Source: Gemmatimonadota bacterium (lineage in GTDB: Bacteria; Gemmatimonadota; Gemmatimonadetes; Gemmatimonadales; Gemmatimonadaceae). From it: a stretch of DNA of 64,000 nucleotides. The translations under genes and the position numbers were made by a program. Within the stretch, counting starts at the first letter, position 1. Each line of letters starts with the position of its first letter. The notes beneath the pieces are model-generated. The model ran no database searches. It worked only from the letters and a program-made list of their open reading frames with translations, and was not told the DNA's origin. The DNA is taken from contig JANYBD010000056.1 in the NCBI GenBank assembly GCA_025360995.1, positions 2,996 through 66,995 of the forward strand, in the 5' to 3' direction. Shown here piece by piece: positions 18,522 to 26,884 of this stretch.

Positions 18522-19809
18522 GGAAGAAGACGCGGCCTTCTGGTGTTACCCGCGCTCCGACGATCGGGTTGAAGTGAAAATCGGTGCCGATGCCGCGCAC
18601 CTTTATGAGTTCGCTGCGAGTCGGTTGTACATATCCCGTTTCATCGGTCGCTCTGGAGAGCAGCACCGTTTCACGACCGTCCCACTCCCACATGTAAGTG
18701 AAGCGCACGTGTGCCTTGGACCGGACCGGCTCCTGCAATTCCGCCACGTGCCAACTATGGCCGCCGTCCGTACTCACTTCCGCGCGCGCAATCTTGCCGC
18801 GCCCGGTCCACGCTATCCCACTCACGGGCCACCATCCCTTTGTCAGCACGTGTGGGTGCGCCGGCGAAGTGATCACAGACTTGGCATCCATTTCAAAGCT
18901 GAATTGGCGGGCTGTTCCATCGGGGAGCGGATCAGTGTACTTCGACGTCTCCCATCGTGTCATCCATGGCCGCGTACCAAGTTCGATGCGGCGGAGCCAC
19001 TTCACGTTTGTGTTGCCCTCCCAACCGGGGAGCAACAAGCGAAGAGGAAAACCCTGCTCGGGCCGAAGGGGTTCGCCGTTCTGCGCCCAAACCACGAGCG
19101 CGTCATCCATCGCCTTAGAAACGGGAATCGAGCGCGTCATTACGCAGGCGTCCCCGCCCTCAGCCAAGAACCAACTGGCACTATCGCGCACACCAGCTTC
19201 GGCGAAAAGAATCTTGAGCGGGACGCCAGTCCATTCGGTATTACTGGTTAGCCCTGCGACCTTCTGCGGTGTCATCTCTGGTTTCGGTTCGCGAAACGCC
19301 GAGCGACCGTTGCCCGAACACTCAATGAAGCACGTGCGCGTGATCTGAGGAAAGCGTCTGATCTCATCAATGGTGAAAATGAGTGGACGTTCGACGAGGC
19401 CGTGCACGAGCAATTGATGACGCGAAGGATCGATGTTTGGCACACCGGCGTGATGGCGCTCAAAGTGCAGATCGGCTGGCGTGATCGTGCCGGTAAGCTG
19501 TTCCAACGGTGAAAACGAACTCCCGGTGACCTCACCGACTGGTGTGCGCACGGGTCCCACGAACTTCGAGCGATTGCCGACGGCTGACGTCGGCGCGCCC
19601 TGCAGCTTTGTGGCGTCCACGGGCACCGTCGGCATCGCAGGCGAAATTGATTGCTGCGACTGTGCAACCATGGGGAGGCCCGCGAGCGCGACTCCGCCGA
19701 TGGCACACGCAGCTCCGGCAAGTAGCTCACGACGTGTGAGCGCGTCTGACATCGCGTCGTCGCGAATCATTTCATTTTGAGTAGGCGGACGGTCTGCGTT
19801 GATTTTCAA
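18508..19809 (-). CDS. Sulfite dehydrogenase / sulfite-oxidase-family molybdopterin subunit (SoxC/SorA-like)
   Basis: Twin-arginine signal (TRRELLAGAA), the Mo-ligand Cys context FIECSGNGR, and a C-terminal dimerisation domain. The true start may be an internal Met at 19770 or 19752. Confidence 0.85.
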   Translation of the reverse strand: MKINADRPPTQNEMIRDDAMSDALTRRELLAGAACAIGGVALAGLPMVAQSQQSISPAMPTVPVDATKLQGAPTSAVGNRSKFVGPVRTPVGEVTGSSFSPLEQLTGTITPADLHFERHHAGVPNIDPSRHQLLVHGLVERPLIFTIDEIRRFPQITRTCFIECSGNGRSAFREPKPEMTPQKVAGLTSNTEWTGVPLKILFAEAGVRDSASWFLAEGGDACVMTRSIPVSKAMDDALVVWAQNGEPLRPEQGFPLRLLLPGWEGNTNVKWLRRIELGTRPWMTRWETSKYTDPLPDGTARQFSFEMDAKSVITSPAHPHVLTKGWWPVSGIAWTGRGKIARAEVSTDGGHSWHVAELQEPVRSKAHVRFTYMWEWDGRETVLLSRATDETGYVQPTRSELIKVRGIGTDFHFNPIVGARVTPEGRVFFHGES

Positions 19810-19816
19810 TAGTCTC

Positions 19817-20776
19817 CTAACGGTTCACGCGGCCAAGCACGGCTGGCTTCGGGACGAGCGCTCCCTGTGGATTCTCGCGCGGCAAGAGCTGGCGTGGTGG
19901 CTTGAATGCCTCGTGCCCCTGCGTGCGATACGGTACATCTTTCGGCGCGCCGCCCATCGGCCAGTCACTTTCCTTGCCAGGTGAGTCCGGGCGAGGATGT
20001 GCGTTAATGAATGCAGAGAGGTCGAATGCCTGCTGCGGTGTCAGCGTGCCTGGTGCCGACTGCGGCATATTGTGCCAAATGAAAGTTGCAGCGCGCTCTT
20101 CGCGTGCCATCGACGCGCCGATCGAGTACGACATGGGTCCCCACAGCGCCGGAATCGGACCGTTACCACCGCCGTCCTTCAAGTGACACGCGATACACGT
20201 TTTCTCGAACAGCACTCGGCCCCGCAGCGTGTCGCCGGCGAGCATAACTTTCATTGCGATAAGGCCGTCAGTTCCTGCTGTTTTTCTGCCGACGGGGACG
20301 TCATGAGATATGAAGGCAAGATAGGCAAGGATATCGACCATCTCACGGCTACCTACTGGGATCGCATTACCGGCAAGCGAACGCGTGAAACAGTAATTCA
20401 CGCGATCGGCGAGAGCGATAACGGCGCCTGATCGCGCCAGGTATTTCGGGAACCGGGCATGCGACCCACTGAGCGGCGCCGCACTAGCTTTAAGGCCGTC
20501 GTTTTGATGACAGCTCGTGCAGCGCATACGCGTGGTAGCGTACGCGGGCAGACTCTCTGGCGTAAAGCGGATGAGGTAGAGACCTCGCTTGATCGACGCA
20601 CCGAGCGAGTCGTCCGGAATGTCAGCTTCGCGAGGCGGTTTCCATTGCGCTTCAGTAAATTGGGTTGCGACAGAGCCCGCGCCGTTGCCACGCTCTTTTG
20701 TGGTGCCGCAAGCGATGAGCGAGGCCAGGGTCGCCAGTGCAAACACGCGCGCAATTCTCAAAGTCGATGCGCTCAC
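19817..20776 (-). CDS. Diheme c-type cytochrome, possibly TsdA/SoxA-like
   Basis: Two heme motifs (CTSCH and CIACH) and a lipoprotein-like signal (LIACG). The segment DRVNYCFTRSLAGN resembles the Cys-ligand region of thiosulfate dehydrogenases, from memory only. Confidence 0.7.
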   Translation of the reverse strand: MSASTLRIARVFALATLASLIACGTTKERGNGAGSVATQFTEAQWKPPREADIPDDSLGASIKRGLYLIRFTPESLPAYATTRMRCTSCHQNDGLKASAAPLSGSHARFPKYLARSGAVIALADRVNYCFTRSLAGNAIPVGSREMVDILAYLAFISHDVPVGRKTAGTDGLIAMKVMLAGDTLRGRVLFEKTCIACHLKDGGGNGPIPALWGPMSYSIGASMAREERAATFIWHNMPQSAPGTLTPQQAFDLSAFINAHPRPDSPGKESDWPMGGAPKDVPYRTQGHEAFKPPRQLLPRENPQGALVPKPAVLGRVNR

Positions 20777-20817
20777 GGAACTACCCCCGGGAAGCTAACT
20801 ATTGTCTGTAGGTGCAT

Positions 20818-20846
20818 ATAGTAGTGCAAATGTGCCTGCGTTGCAA
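20818..20846 (-). promoter_or_regulatory. Candidate sigma70 promoter of the sulfur operon: TTGCAA-17 nt-TACTAT
   Basis: The minus strand reads TTGCAAcgcaggcacatttgcacTACTAT, about 45 nt upstream of the GTG start at 20776. Confidence 0.35.
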
Positions 20847-21113
20847 CTAGATCACGTTGAGCTTACTGACGACGAGGCCGTTTGGCAGTTGATCATTCAG
20901 TCTTTCCTAGTGAAGCCATCCGTGAACTGCTAAAGCAGGAATGGCGCGTTGCGGTCAGGTGGTCGACTTTAGGGCGTGCTGGCTGCCATGTATCGTGGCA
21001 GGCGTCTGGCGAGAGATTATATGTATACAAACATTTGTTTTTATAACTCAGTAAGTACTTGAAACATAAATCGATATACAATATTATGATATTATCCTCT
21101 TTTAGAAGGATAT

Positions 21114-21521
21114 TTGCAAAAACTCACGACTTCAACGGCCGCAGCAACACTTGGGGTCGATTCCAAAGCTCTCGATAACATTCTGTCGCGAGAGGCAAGT
21201 CATTTGGTGCCGCGTGGAGCCCGTGGGAAAAGTCGCCGTATCTCTGTTCACGTTCTTGAACTGGTAGCGGTCGCGCTGGTTCTCAAACGCGACCTGGGCA
21301 TTCCGATCGTCCGCGGCCTCGATCTGGCGACTAAGCTCGGCGAGTCCGTTTCGGGCGAGATCCCGTTTGGTCGCTACGGGACGCTACGCTTCAACATCCA
21401 TCCATTGAGATCCGCAATACAGCAATCCATTGCTGACATTGTCGAGCAAACGGTGCCCCCCTTACGTGGACGGCCGCCATATCTTCTCCCCAAAACGGAG
21501 CGGGGCACATCAGAACTCTGA
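21114..21521 (+). CDS. Hypothetical HTH-containing protein (orphan)
   Basis: TTG start 4 nt after AGAAGGA. The N-terminus (TTSTAAATLGVDSKALDNIL) looks like a helix-turn-helix. No family recognised. Confidence 0.5.
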   Translation: MQKLTTSTAAATLGVDSKALDNILSREASHLVPRGARGKSRRISVHVLELVAVALVLKRDLGIPIVRGLDLATKLGESVSGEIPFGRYGTLRFNIHPLRSAIQQSIADIVEQTVPPLRGRPPYLLPKTERGTSEL

Positions 21522-21530
21522 GGTGCCCCG
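21501..21530. terminator. Bidirectional hairpin between the HTH gene and cspA
   Basis: CGGGGCAC...GTGCCCCG with an inner CAGA/TCTG stem. On the minus strand it is followed by CTCCGTTTTGGGG. Confidence 0.55.
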
Positions 21531-21554
21531 CTCGGTTTGATTCAGCAAACGAAG

Positions 21555-21767
21555 TCAGGCGCCGACCTTGGTCACATTTTCTGCCGCCGGGCCCTTTTGG
21601 CCTTGTACGATGTCAAACTCAACCGCATCACCTTCGGCGAGCGACTTGAAGCCGTCCCCCTGAATGGCGCTGTAGTGTACGAAGCAGTCCTTTTGCCCGT
21701 CATCTGGCGTGATGAAACCAAACCCCTTTGCATCGTTGAACCACTTCACCTTTCCCGTCGTGCCCAT
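21555..21767 (-). CDS. cspA: Cold-shock protein (CspA family)
   Basis: Contains [15 protein letters not shown] and VHYSAI RNP motifs, 70 aa. Confidence 0.95.
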   Translation of the reverse strand: MGTTGKVKWFNDAKGFGFITPDDGQKDCFVHYSAIQGDGFKSLAEGDAVEFDIVQGQKGPAAENVTKVGA

Positions 21768-21898
21768 TCCTGCTCCCGTGTGATGATTGATGCAGGGAGC
21801 GGAACGCGCCGTACCCTGACAATCTGTTCTGTCCGCAGGACCCCCGGACCATACCGGTCCCGCATATCCAAGCCGTGCCGACAGCTCAGAGTTTCGAG

Positions 21899-21927
21899 AA
21901 AGTAGGACGTCTTGAGAAAATTGGCAA
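21899..21927 (-). promoter_or_regulatory. Candidate cspA promoter: TTGCCA-17 nt-TACTTT, implying a ~125-nt 5' UTR
   Basis: Read on the minus strand: TTGCCAattttctcaagacgtccTACTTT. A GGGAGCAGGA RBS lies directly before the ATG. Confidence 0.35.
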
Positions 21928-21956
21928 TAGTTCGCACAGCCAGTGCCTGATATGGA

Positions 21957-21989
21957 GCGCTAGTGCAGCGCTAGTGCAGCGCTAGTGCC
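21957..21989. repeat. Tandem repeat, 3 x 11 bp (GCGCTAGTGCA GCGCTAGTGCA GCGCTAGTGCC)
   Basis: Read directly. Each unit contains the AGCGCT palindrome. The last unit supplies the TAG stop of the minus-strand gene ending at 21982. Confidence 0.85.
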
Positions 21990-22425
21990 CGCTCGCTCTC
22001 CTGACACCATTCACGAAGTAACCTGTCTCCCCAAAACAATTGGTTGGGACACCACGATGTTCTGCATAATCAAGGGCGACCAGACCGCCCTCCAATTTCT
22101 GAATCACCTCGGCAACAGAGTCGCCACGCACCGTGAAAATAAAAATCTGCGACATCGCCCCTGGCATGTTCACTTGGGCAAGTTCACCCTCCCACGTTTT
22201 ACAAAGCCACCCCTTTTTCGAAAGCTTTTGCACGTAACCCACCCGATTGCCATGCGAGTAACTGAAATTCAAGGCGACTCCTGCCCAAATGGTGAATACT
22301 AGGGCTGGTGCCGCAACGAGAATTAGCAATGTGAGTTTTCCCCAGTGCCGCCGAACAAAACCACGGGCCGGTGGCATCGCCGGAGCAATCGGCACAGGTT
22401 CGTTGACAGACGTAGGTTCTTTCAT
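21982..22425 (-). CDS. Hypothetical membrane-anchored protein (147 aa)
   Basis: The plausible start MKEPTSV... at 22425 gives one N-terminal TM (LTLLILVAAPALVFTIWAGVAL) plus a soluble domain. The longer ORF to 22812 would overlap ispG and has a low-complexity N-terminus. Confidence 0.5.
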   Translation of the reverse strand: MKEPTSVNEPVPIAPAMPPARGFVRRHWGKLTLLILVAAPALVFTIWAGVALNFSYSHGNRVGYVQKLSKKGWLCKTWEGELAQVNMPGAMSQIFIFTVRGDSVAEVIQKLEGGLVALDYAEHRGVPTNCFGETGYFVNGVRRASGH

Positions 22426-22477
22426 TTGTCTGAGGGCAGGGTAGGGAGCGACAATTCGTGCTGGAAAGTTCGCCTCG

Positions 22478-23776
22478 TTGTCCCGCAACGCCAAGGCCCC
22501 TGCGATCACGCGCGCTCCGCGAGTAGCTTTGGAACGTTCACCACCAGAGGCCGCCGTGGTATTCCAAGAACGCAGAAAAACTGTTACCACGATGGTCGGA
22601 GACGTCGCCGTTGGCTCGAATTGGCCTGTCGTCGTGCAGTCCATGACCAATACCGACACTGCAGACGCCACATTAACCGCGCAACAGGTGGTGGCGCTTG
22701 CGCAGGCTGGCTCGCAGCTCGTTCGGGTTACGGTCAATAACGACGACGCTGCACAAGCGATCCCGGAAATGATTGCGCGCGTTGCCGACCTGGGCGTCTC
22801 CGTTCCAATCATTGGAGACTTTCATTACAACGGACACTTATTGCTCGTGAAATATCCGGAGTGTGCACGCGCACTCGCGAAGTATCGTATTAACCCGGGC
22901 AATGTCGGCAGTCGACATCGGGATGAGAACTTCCGCACGATTATCCGTGTGGCGAGAGACAACGACAAACCCGTACGCATTGGTGTGAACTGGGGATCGC
23001 TGGATCAGGATCTGCTGACGTCAATGATGAACGACAACGCCGGCCTCGCCAACCCACTCGACGCGAAAAACGTCTATATGGAGGCGATGATCGAGAGCGC
23101 GCTACGGTCCGCGCTACTCGCCGAAGAGTCGGGGTTGCCGCACAATCGGATTATCATTTCTGCGAAAATCTCACAGGTGCAGGATTTGCTCGAGTGCTAT
23201 CGCCGGCTCGCAACGCGGTGTGATTACCCGTTACACCTCGGCCTTACCGAAGCGGGGTTGGGAACCAAGGGTGTCGTCTCGACCACGGCAGCGCTGTCTC
23301 TCGTACTTGCCGAAGGCATCGGTGACACTATTCGCGTCTCACTCACGCCGCGTCCCGGCGGTGATCGCACAGAAGAAGTCCAGGTCGCGCAACAGATACT
23401 CCAGTCGCTCGGCCTGCGCGCTTTCGCTCCTCAAGTGACCGCGTGCCCAGGATGCGGCCGAACAACCAGCACGTTTTTTCAAAAAATGGCGGAGGATATT
23501 CAACTGTATCTACGCGAACAAATGCCGCGCTGGAGAGAACACCATCCAGGTGTCGTCGATATGAAGGTCGCGGTGATGGGGTGTGTAGTGAACGGGCCAG
23601 GCGAATCGAAGCACGCCAACATTGGTATCTCCCTGCCAGGAACAGCAGAAGAACCGAAGGCCCCGGTATATGTGGATGGTCGGCTCAGCGTGACGCTGAA
23701 AGGCGACCACATCGTACCGGAATTTCTGGCCATTCTCGACGAATACGTGGTGCGTCGCTACTCCAAGGCCGTGTAG
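22478..23776 (+). CDS. ispG: 4-hydroxy-3-methylbut-2-en-1-yl diphosphate synthase
   Basis: Contains RRKT...VQSMTNTDT and CPGCGRT Fe-S motifs. Confidence 0.9.
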   Translation: MSRNAKAPAITRAPRVALERSPPEAAVVFQERRKTVTTMVGDVAVGSNWPVVVQSMTNTDTADATLTAQQVVALAQAGSQLVRVTVNNDDAAQAIPEMIARVADLGVSVPIIGDFHYNGHLLLVKYPECARALAKYRINPGNVGSRHRDENFRTIIRVARDNDKPVRIGVNWGSLDQDLLTSMMNDNAGLANPLDAKNVYMEAMIESALRSALLAEESGLPHNRIIISAKISQVQDLLECYRRLATRCDYPLHLGLTEAGLGTKGVVSTTAALSLVLAEGIGDTIRVSLTPRPGGDRTEEVQVAQQILQSLGLRAFAPQVTACPGCGRTTSTFFQKMAEDIQLYLREQMPRWREHHPGVVDMKVAVMGCVVNGPGESKHANIGISLPGTAEEPKAPVYVDGRLSVTLKGDHIVPEFLAILDEYVVRRYSKAV

Positions 23777-23790
23777 ACGAACGGTCGAGG

Positions 23791-24411
23791 CTACCGTGCT
23801 GTAACGGGTGGGTGATCGAACTGTTCGAGGGCGACCACGATCGCACGCAGCTCGTCAATAATCGGCGCGGTAAACCCGATCTCTAACAGCCGTTCATACA
23901 CCGACCGGTACGCACGAATCGTCCCCTCGCGACCTACGGCGAAACGGCTCCAGACCGATTCCGTGTCAACGGTACGATTCAGGTCGGCAAGAATTACACT
24001 GCCATTGTGCACGTGATCGGCCGCGCACACCCAACGTGCTTGCTCGCTCGTCTGCGTCAGACGCGCGAGAAAGTCTACATGGCGCTCCTCTTTGTCAAAT
24101 TCATTTCCGTCGTCGTCAAATTTTCGCGGGATAACCGAAATCACAGTGTCGAGCACCCCCTCGCCAAATTTGTCACTGATCCGATCACTGAGCATCTCAC
24201 GTGTCCAACCCCCGCGCACACAATCATCGATCACGTCATGCAGGACTCCGGCGACAACCGTATCAACATCCTGACGATAGCTCGTCAAGATGACGGCGAT
24301 ATTGGCCGGCTGTGTGACGTACGGATTTCGCGTGCCCTTTCGCACTTGCATGTCGTGGTGCTTTGCCGCAAAAGCCAGCGCGTGGTTGATGCGATCGGAG
24401 TAACCGTTCAT
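23791..24411 (-). CDS. HD-domain protein, RelA/SpoT-type hydrolase domain only (small alarmone hydrolase-like)
   Basis: Contains AFAAKHHDMQVRKG...PY..QP and GVLHDVIDD. 206 aa, with no synthetase domain. Confidence 0.7.
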   Translation of the reverse strand: MNGYSDRINHALAFAAKHHDMQVRKGTRNPYVTQPANIAVILTSYRQDVDTVVAGVLHDVIDDCVRGGWTREMLSDRISDKFGEGVLDTVISVIPRKFDDDGNEFDKEERHVDFLARLTQTSEQARWVCAADHVHNGSVILADLNRTVDTESVWSRFAVGREGTIRAYRSVYERLLEIGFTAPIIDELRAIVVALEQFDHPPVTAR

Positions 24412-24544
24412 CTCGGCGATACCACCTAATGCTACGAGTTATACGGGAAGGCAACTTGGAGCCGTGAAACCACGGACCCGGACCCTACAAACTACCATTC
24501 GCTACTGGTGCTGTTCGTCCTGTTTTCTCACTGGTGATCCAACG

Positions 24545-26197
24545 TCAACTCTGGGTTTTGACATTCGCGGCAGCTCCGGCCATCAATGCGGCGCGAGACG
24601 GGACAGTCGGCGAGTCTCCGTCCCACAAGACTACGCCATGGACGGCCACCCCACCATCTCGTAGCCGCTGAGCCAGGGTCTCCAGTTCTAATATTGCCGT
24701 ACGCGCAACTTGGGCGCACAACACAGTCGGCATGTCATCCATCAAAGCGCGAACCGCGACAAGCTCCGCTCCATTGGGGGCAACTAGTACGCTAAAATCG
24801 TATTCACCGCGGAACCGTGCAAACTCGTCACGCCCCAGTTCCCACGCATCGCCATCAAGTGATTCCCGGCGCACTGAACCCGCTGGAACGACATCGATTG
24901 CCAGCCGGCTGCTTGCACCTACTGAATGCGCGACTTCGCGCCAGAGCCGAACGCCCGCCAGCGCGTCAGAGAAACCAGGTTCAGGAGGTTGCGCATAGTA
25001 CGCGGCAGCCGCACTGGATTCCGCATCGACATCCACGACCAAAGTGGCCCGCTCGTCCGCCGCCGCCGCGAGAGCCAGCCGGCCGGCGACCGTCGCCACT
25101 ACCCCGCGATCATCGCCGCTAACCGCAACAGTGCGGGTCCGCGTGCCGGTGGCGGTCAGCGCGAGAAACAGCATGCGAAATGGATCAATGCCTCCGGCGT
25201 CTTGCCCGCCGGTAACGCGCCGCGCACTCGCGCGCACGGTCGCCACAACTGGTGCGCCGGTCGCCCACTCCGCTTCGTATGCTGATGCAACGGTGGCATG
25301 ACCAAGTTCGGCAGTGAACGTGATCGAGAAGCCAACCAGCAATCCCATCACCGTTGCAGCGACAAGAATGGCCAGCAAGGGAACACGATGACTCACCGTG
25401 GTAGCCATCATCTTCTCGCTTGCGTCAACGGCACTGTTGGCGGCCCGCGCCGCTGTGATGGTGGAATCCGCGATCGCCGCTTGTGTTCGCGCCGAATCTC
25501 GGGCCGCTCGGAGCCGATTGACTTCGATATCGGAATTCGGTGCGAGCGAAGATTGAATTACTAGCAAATTGCGGGCGAGTTGCGTTCGGCGCTTTGTGGC
25601 AATCTCGCGAATGGATAGTCCCACGGCGTTCGCACGATTGGTAAGATCGGCGAAGACGCGTTCAGCGCTTGCCGGGTCCAAGGCCGCGCGATCGCGTTCG
25701 ATCGCATCGATAGAATCGACCAGTGCGGCAATGCGTGCATCTCCGCTCAGCGCCTGTGCCGCTGCGAGTGCGCGATACGACGGTGCGAGGGGTGCTTTTG
25801 TGGCACGGTCCAATAGGTCATCGAGCGCCGTAATGATTGCCTGTAGTGAATCACGGTGTTGGCGCTCAAACTCGGTCGGGCGTGATAATTCACCGACCAT
25901 GGATTCCGCTCGAAGCAACGCGACATCGAGTGATGCGTTAATGTCGCTCAACACGTTATGCGCGGAGTCGGCGCGGTGGCGGAGCATCAGGGTGTCGACA
26001 CGGTACAGTGTCGGTAACGCAGGTACTGGGCTGCGGCCGGTCAGTGACGGCAACAACAGCAGGGCGACCGACACAATTCCAATCGCGGAGACGGCGAACA
26101 CGGCAAGTCGTCCACTACGCCGCACGGCAAGTGAGGCCCGGGCACCTAGCCATTCTGCCCGCGAGGGTGGGGTGGCGACTATCGTGCGAAGCGACAT
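24545..26197 (-). CDS. Wzz/GumC-like chain-length-determinant protein fused to a BY-kinase-like domain with degenerate Walker A
   Basis: Two TM segments flank a long helical/Ala-rich periplasmic-type region. The C-terminal domain aligns by eye to the BY-kinase layout (VAVSGDDRGV in place of the GxxGxGK[ST] Walker A, then LVVDVD). Confidence 0.5.
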   Translation of the reverse strand: MSLRTIVATPPSRAEWLGARASLAVRRSGRLAVFAVSAIGIVSVALLLLPSLTGRSPVPALPTLYRVDTLMLRHRADSAHNVLSDINASLDVALLRAESMVGELSRPTEFERQHRDSLQAIITALDDLLDRATKAPLAPSYRALAAAQALSGDARIAALVDSIDAIERDRAALDPASAERVFADLTNRANAVGLSIREIATKRRTQLARNLLVIQSSLAPNSDIEVNRLRAARDSARTQAAIADSTITAARAANSAVDASEKMMATTVSHRVPLLAILVAATVMGLLVGFSITFTAELGHATVASAYEAEWATGAPVVATVRASARRVTGGQDAGGIDPFRMLFLALTATGTRTRTVAVSGDDRGVVATVAGRLALAAAADERATLVVDVDAESSAAAAYYAQPPEPGFSDALAGVRLWREVAHSVGASSRLAIDVVPAGSVRRESLDGDAWELGRDEFARFRGEYDFSVLVAPNGAELVAVRALMDDMPTVLCAQVARTAILELETLAQRLRDGGVAVHGVVLWDGDSPTVPSRAALMAGAAANVKTQS

Positions 26198-26260
26198 CGT
26201 TTCAGCAAGTTATTGCCCCGCATGCGGCAATGCGGGGCAGGGAAGAAAGGTGGAAACGAA

Positions 26261-26288
26261 ACGGGCGCCCGAAAATGCGGGCGCCCGT
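26261..26288 (-). terminator. Intrinsic terminator of the cupredoxin gene
   Basis: ACGGGCGCCC-8 nt-GGGCGCCCGT, a perfect 10-bp stem, followed on the minus strand by TTCGTTTCC. Confidence 0.55.
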
Positions 26289-26309
26289 TCGAGAGTGTAG
26301 CTCCTGCGA

Positions 26310-26810
26310 CTACTGAACCGTGATCGTTCCTTTCATGTTCATGGCAAGGTGTGGAGTGCAATAGAACGCGTATGTCCCCGGCTTGATGCTACCAAGCGAC
26401 AGGGTGAACGAATCACCGATCGTCGTCAACAACGTGCTGCTCAGTTCCGACGCTCTGCCCGCGCCAAAGTTGGCGTCAAGCTGTGCCTTTACGTCGGCAG
26501 GAATGGTTGCGGCATCAAATGCAACATTGTGTGGAATCATTGAGACCACGACGAACTTGATGCCGTCGCCGGCTTTCACCGTGATGTTCGCCGGTTCGAA
26601 ACGATAGCCGGTTGCATCGCCCATCATTTTCACTTCAACCGTTTTTCCCGTGATCGGCGCCGCGGTTCCAGCGGCTCCACTCGACGGCGCTGCCGTTGTT
26701 GCGGCTGCAGGTGCAGGCGTGGCCGGAGCCGTGTCCTGTTTTTTATCGCTACCGCTGCAAGCGCCAAGCACAACAGCGCTCGTCACGAGCGCCAAATTAA
26801 TAAACCGCAT
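26310..26810 (-). CDS. Type-1 copper protein (plastocyanin/pseudoazurin-like cupredoxin), lipoprotein
   Basis: Lipobox LGACSG and Cu ligands PHNVAF...YCTPHLAMNM. ATG 26810 lies 9 nt after AGGAGG (the ORF-track start is 26840). Confidence 0.85.
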   Translation of the reverse strand: MRFINLALVTSAVVLGACSGSDKKQDTAPATPAPAAATTAAPSSGAAGTAAPITGKTVEVKMMGDATGYRFEPANITVKAGDGIKFVVVSMIPHNVAFDAATIPADVKAQLDANFGAGRASELSSTLLTTIGDSFTLSLGSIKPGTYAFYCTPHLAMNMKGTITVQ

Positions 26811-26884
26811 TGCTGTAGTCCTCCTGGACCGAACTACCAAATGAAAGTAATTAAAGACGCGATTTGGATCAGTATTCAGACGAA

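Noticed and set aside
20893-21081. 62-aa ORF in the AT-rich spacer.
   Set aside because: It has odd composition (Tyr/Lys/Cys/Leu runs produced by AT-rich palindromic DNA), no RBS and no recognisable motif. I treated the region as non-coding.
22426-22812. N-terminal extension of the 276-aa minus-strand ORF overlapping ispG.
   Set aside because: The extension is Thr/Ala/Cys/Ser low-complexity sequence and overlaps the well-supported ispG 5' region. The internal ATG at 22425 gives a sensible TM-anchored protein.
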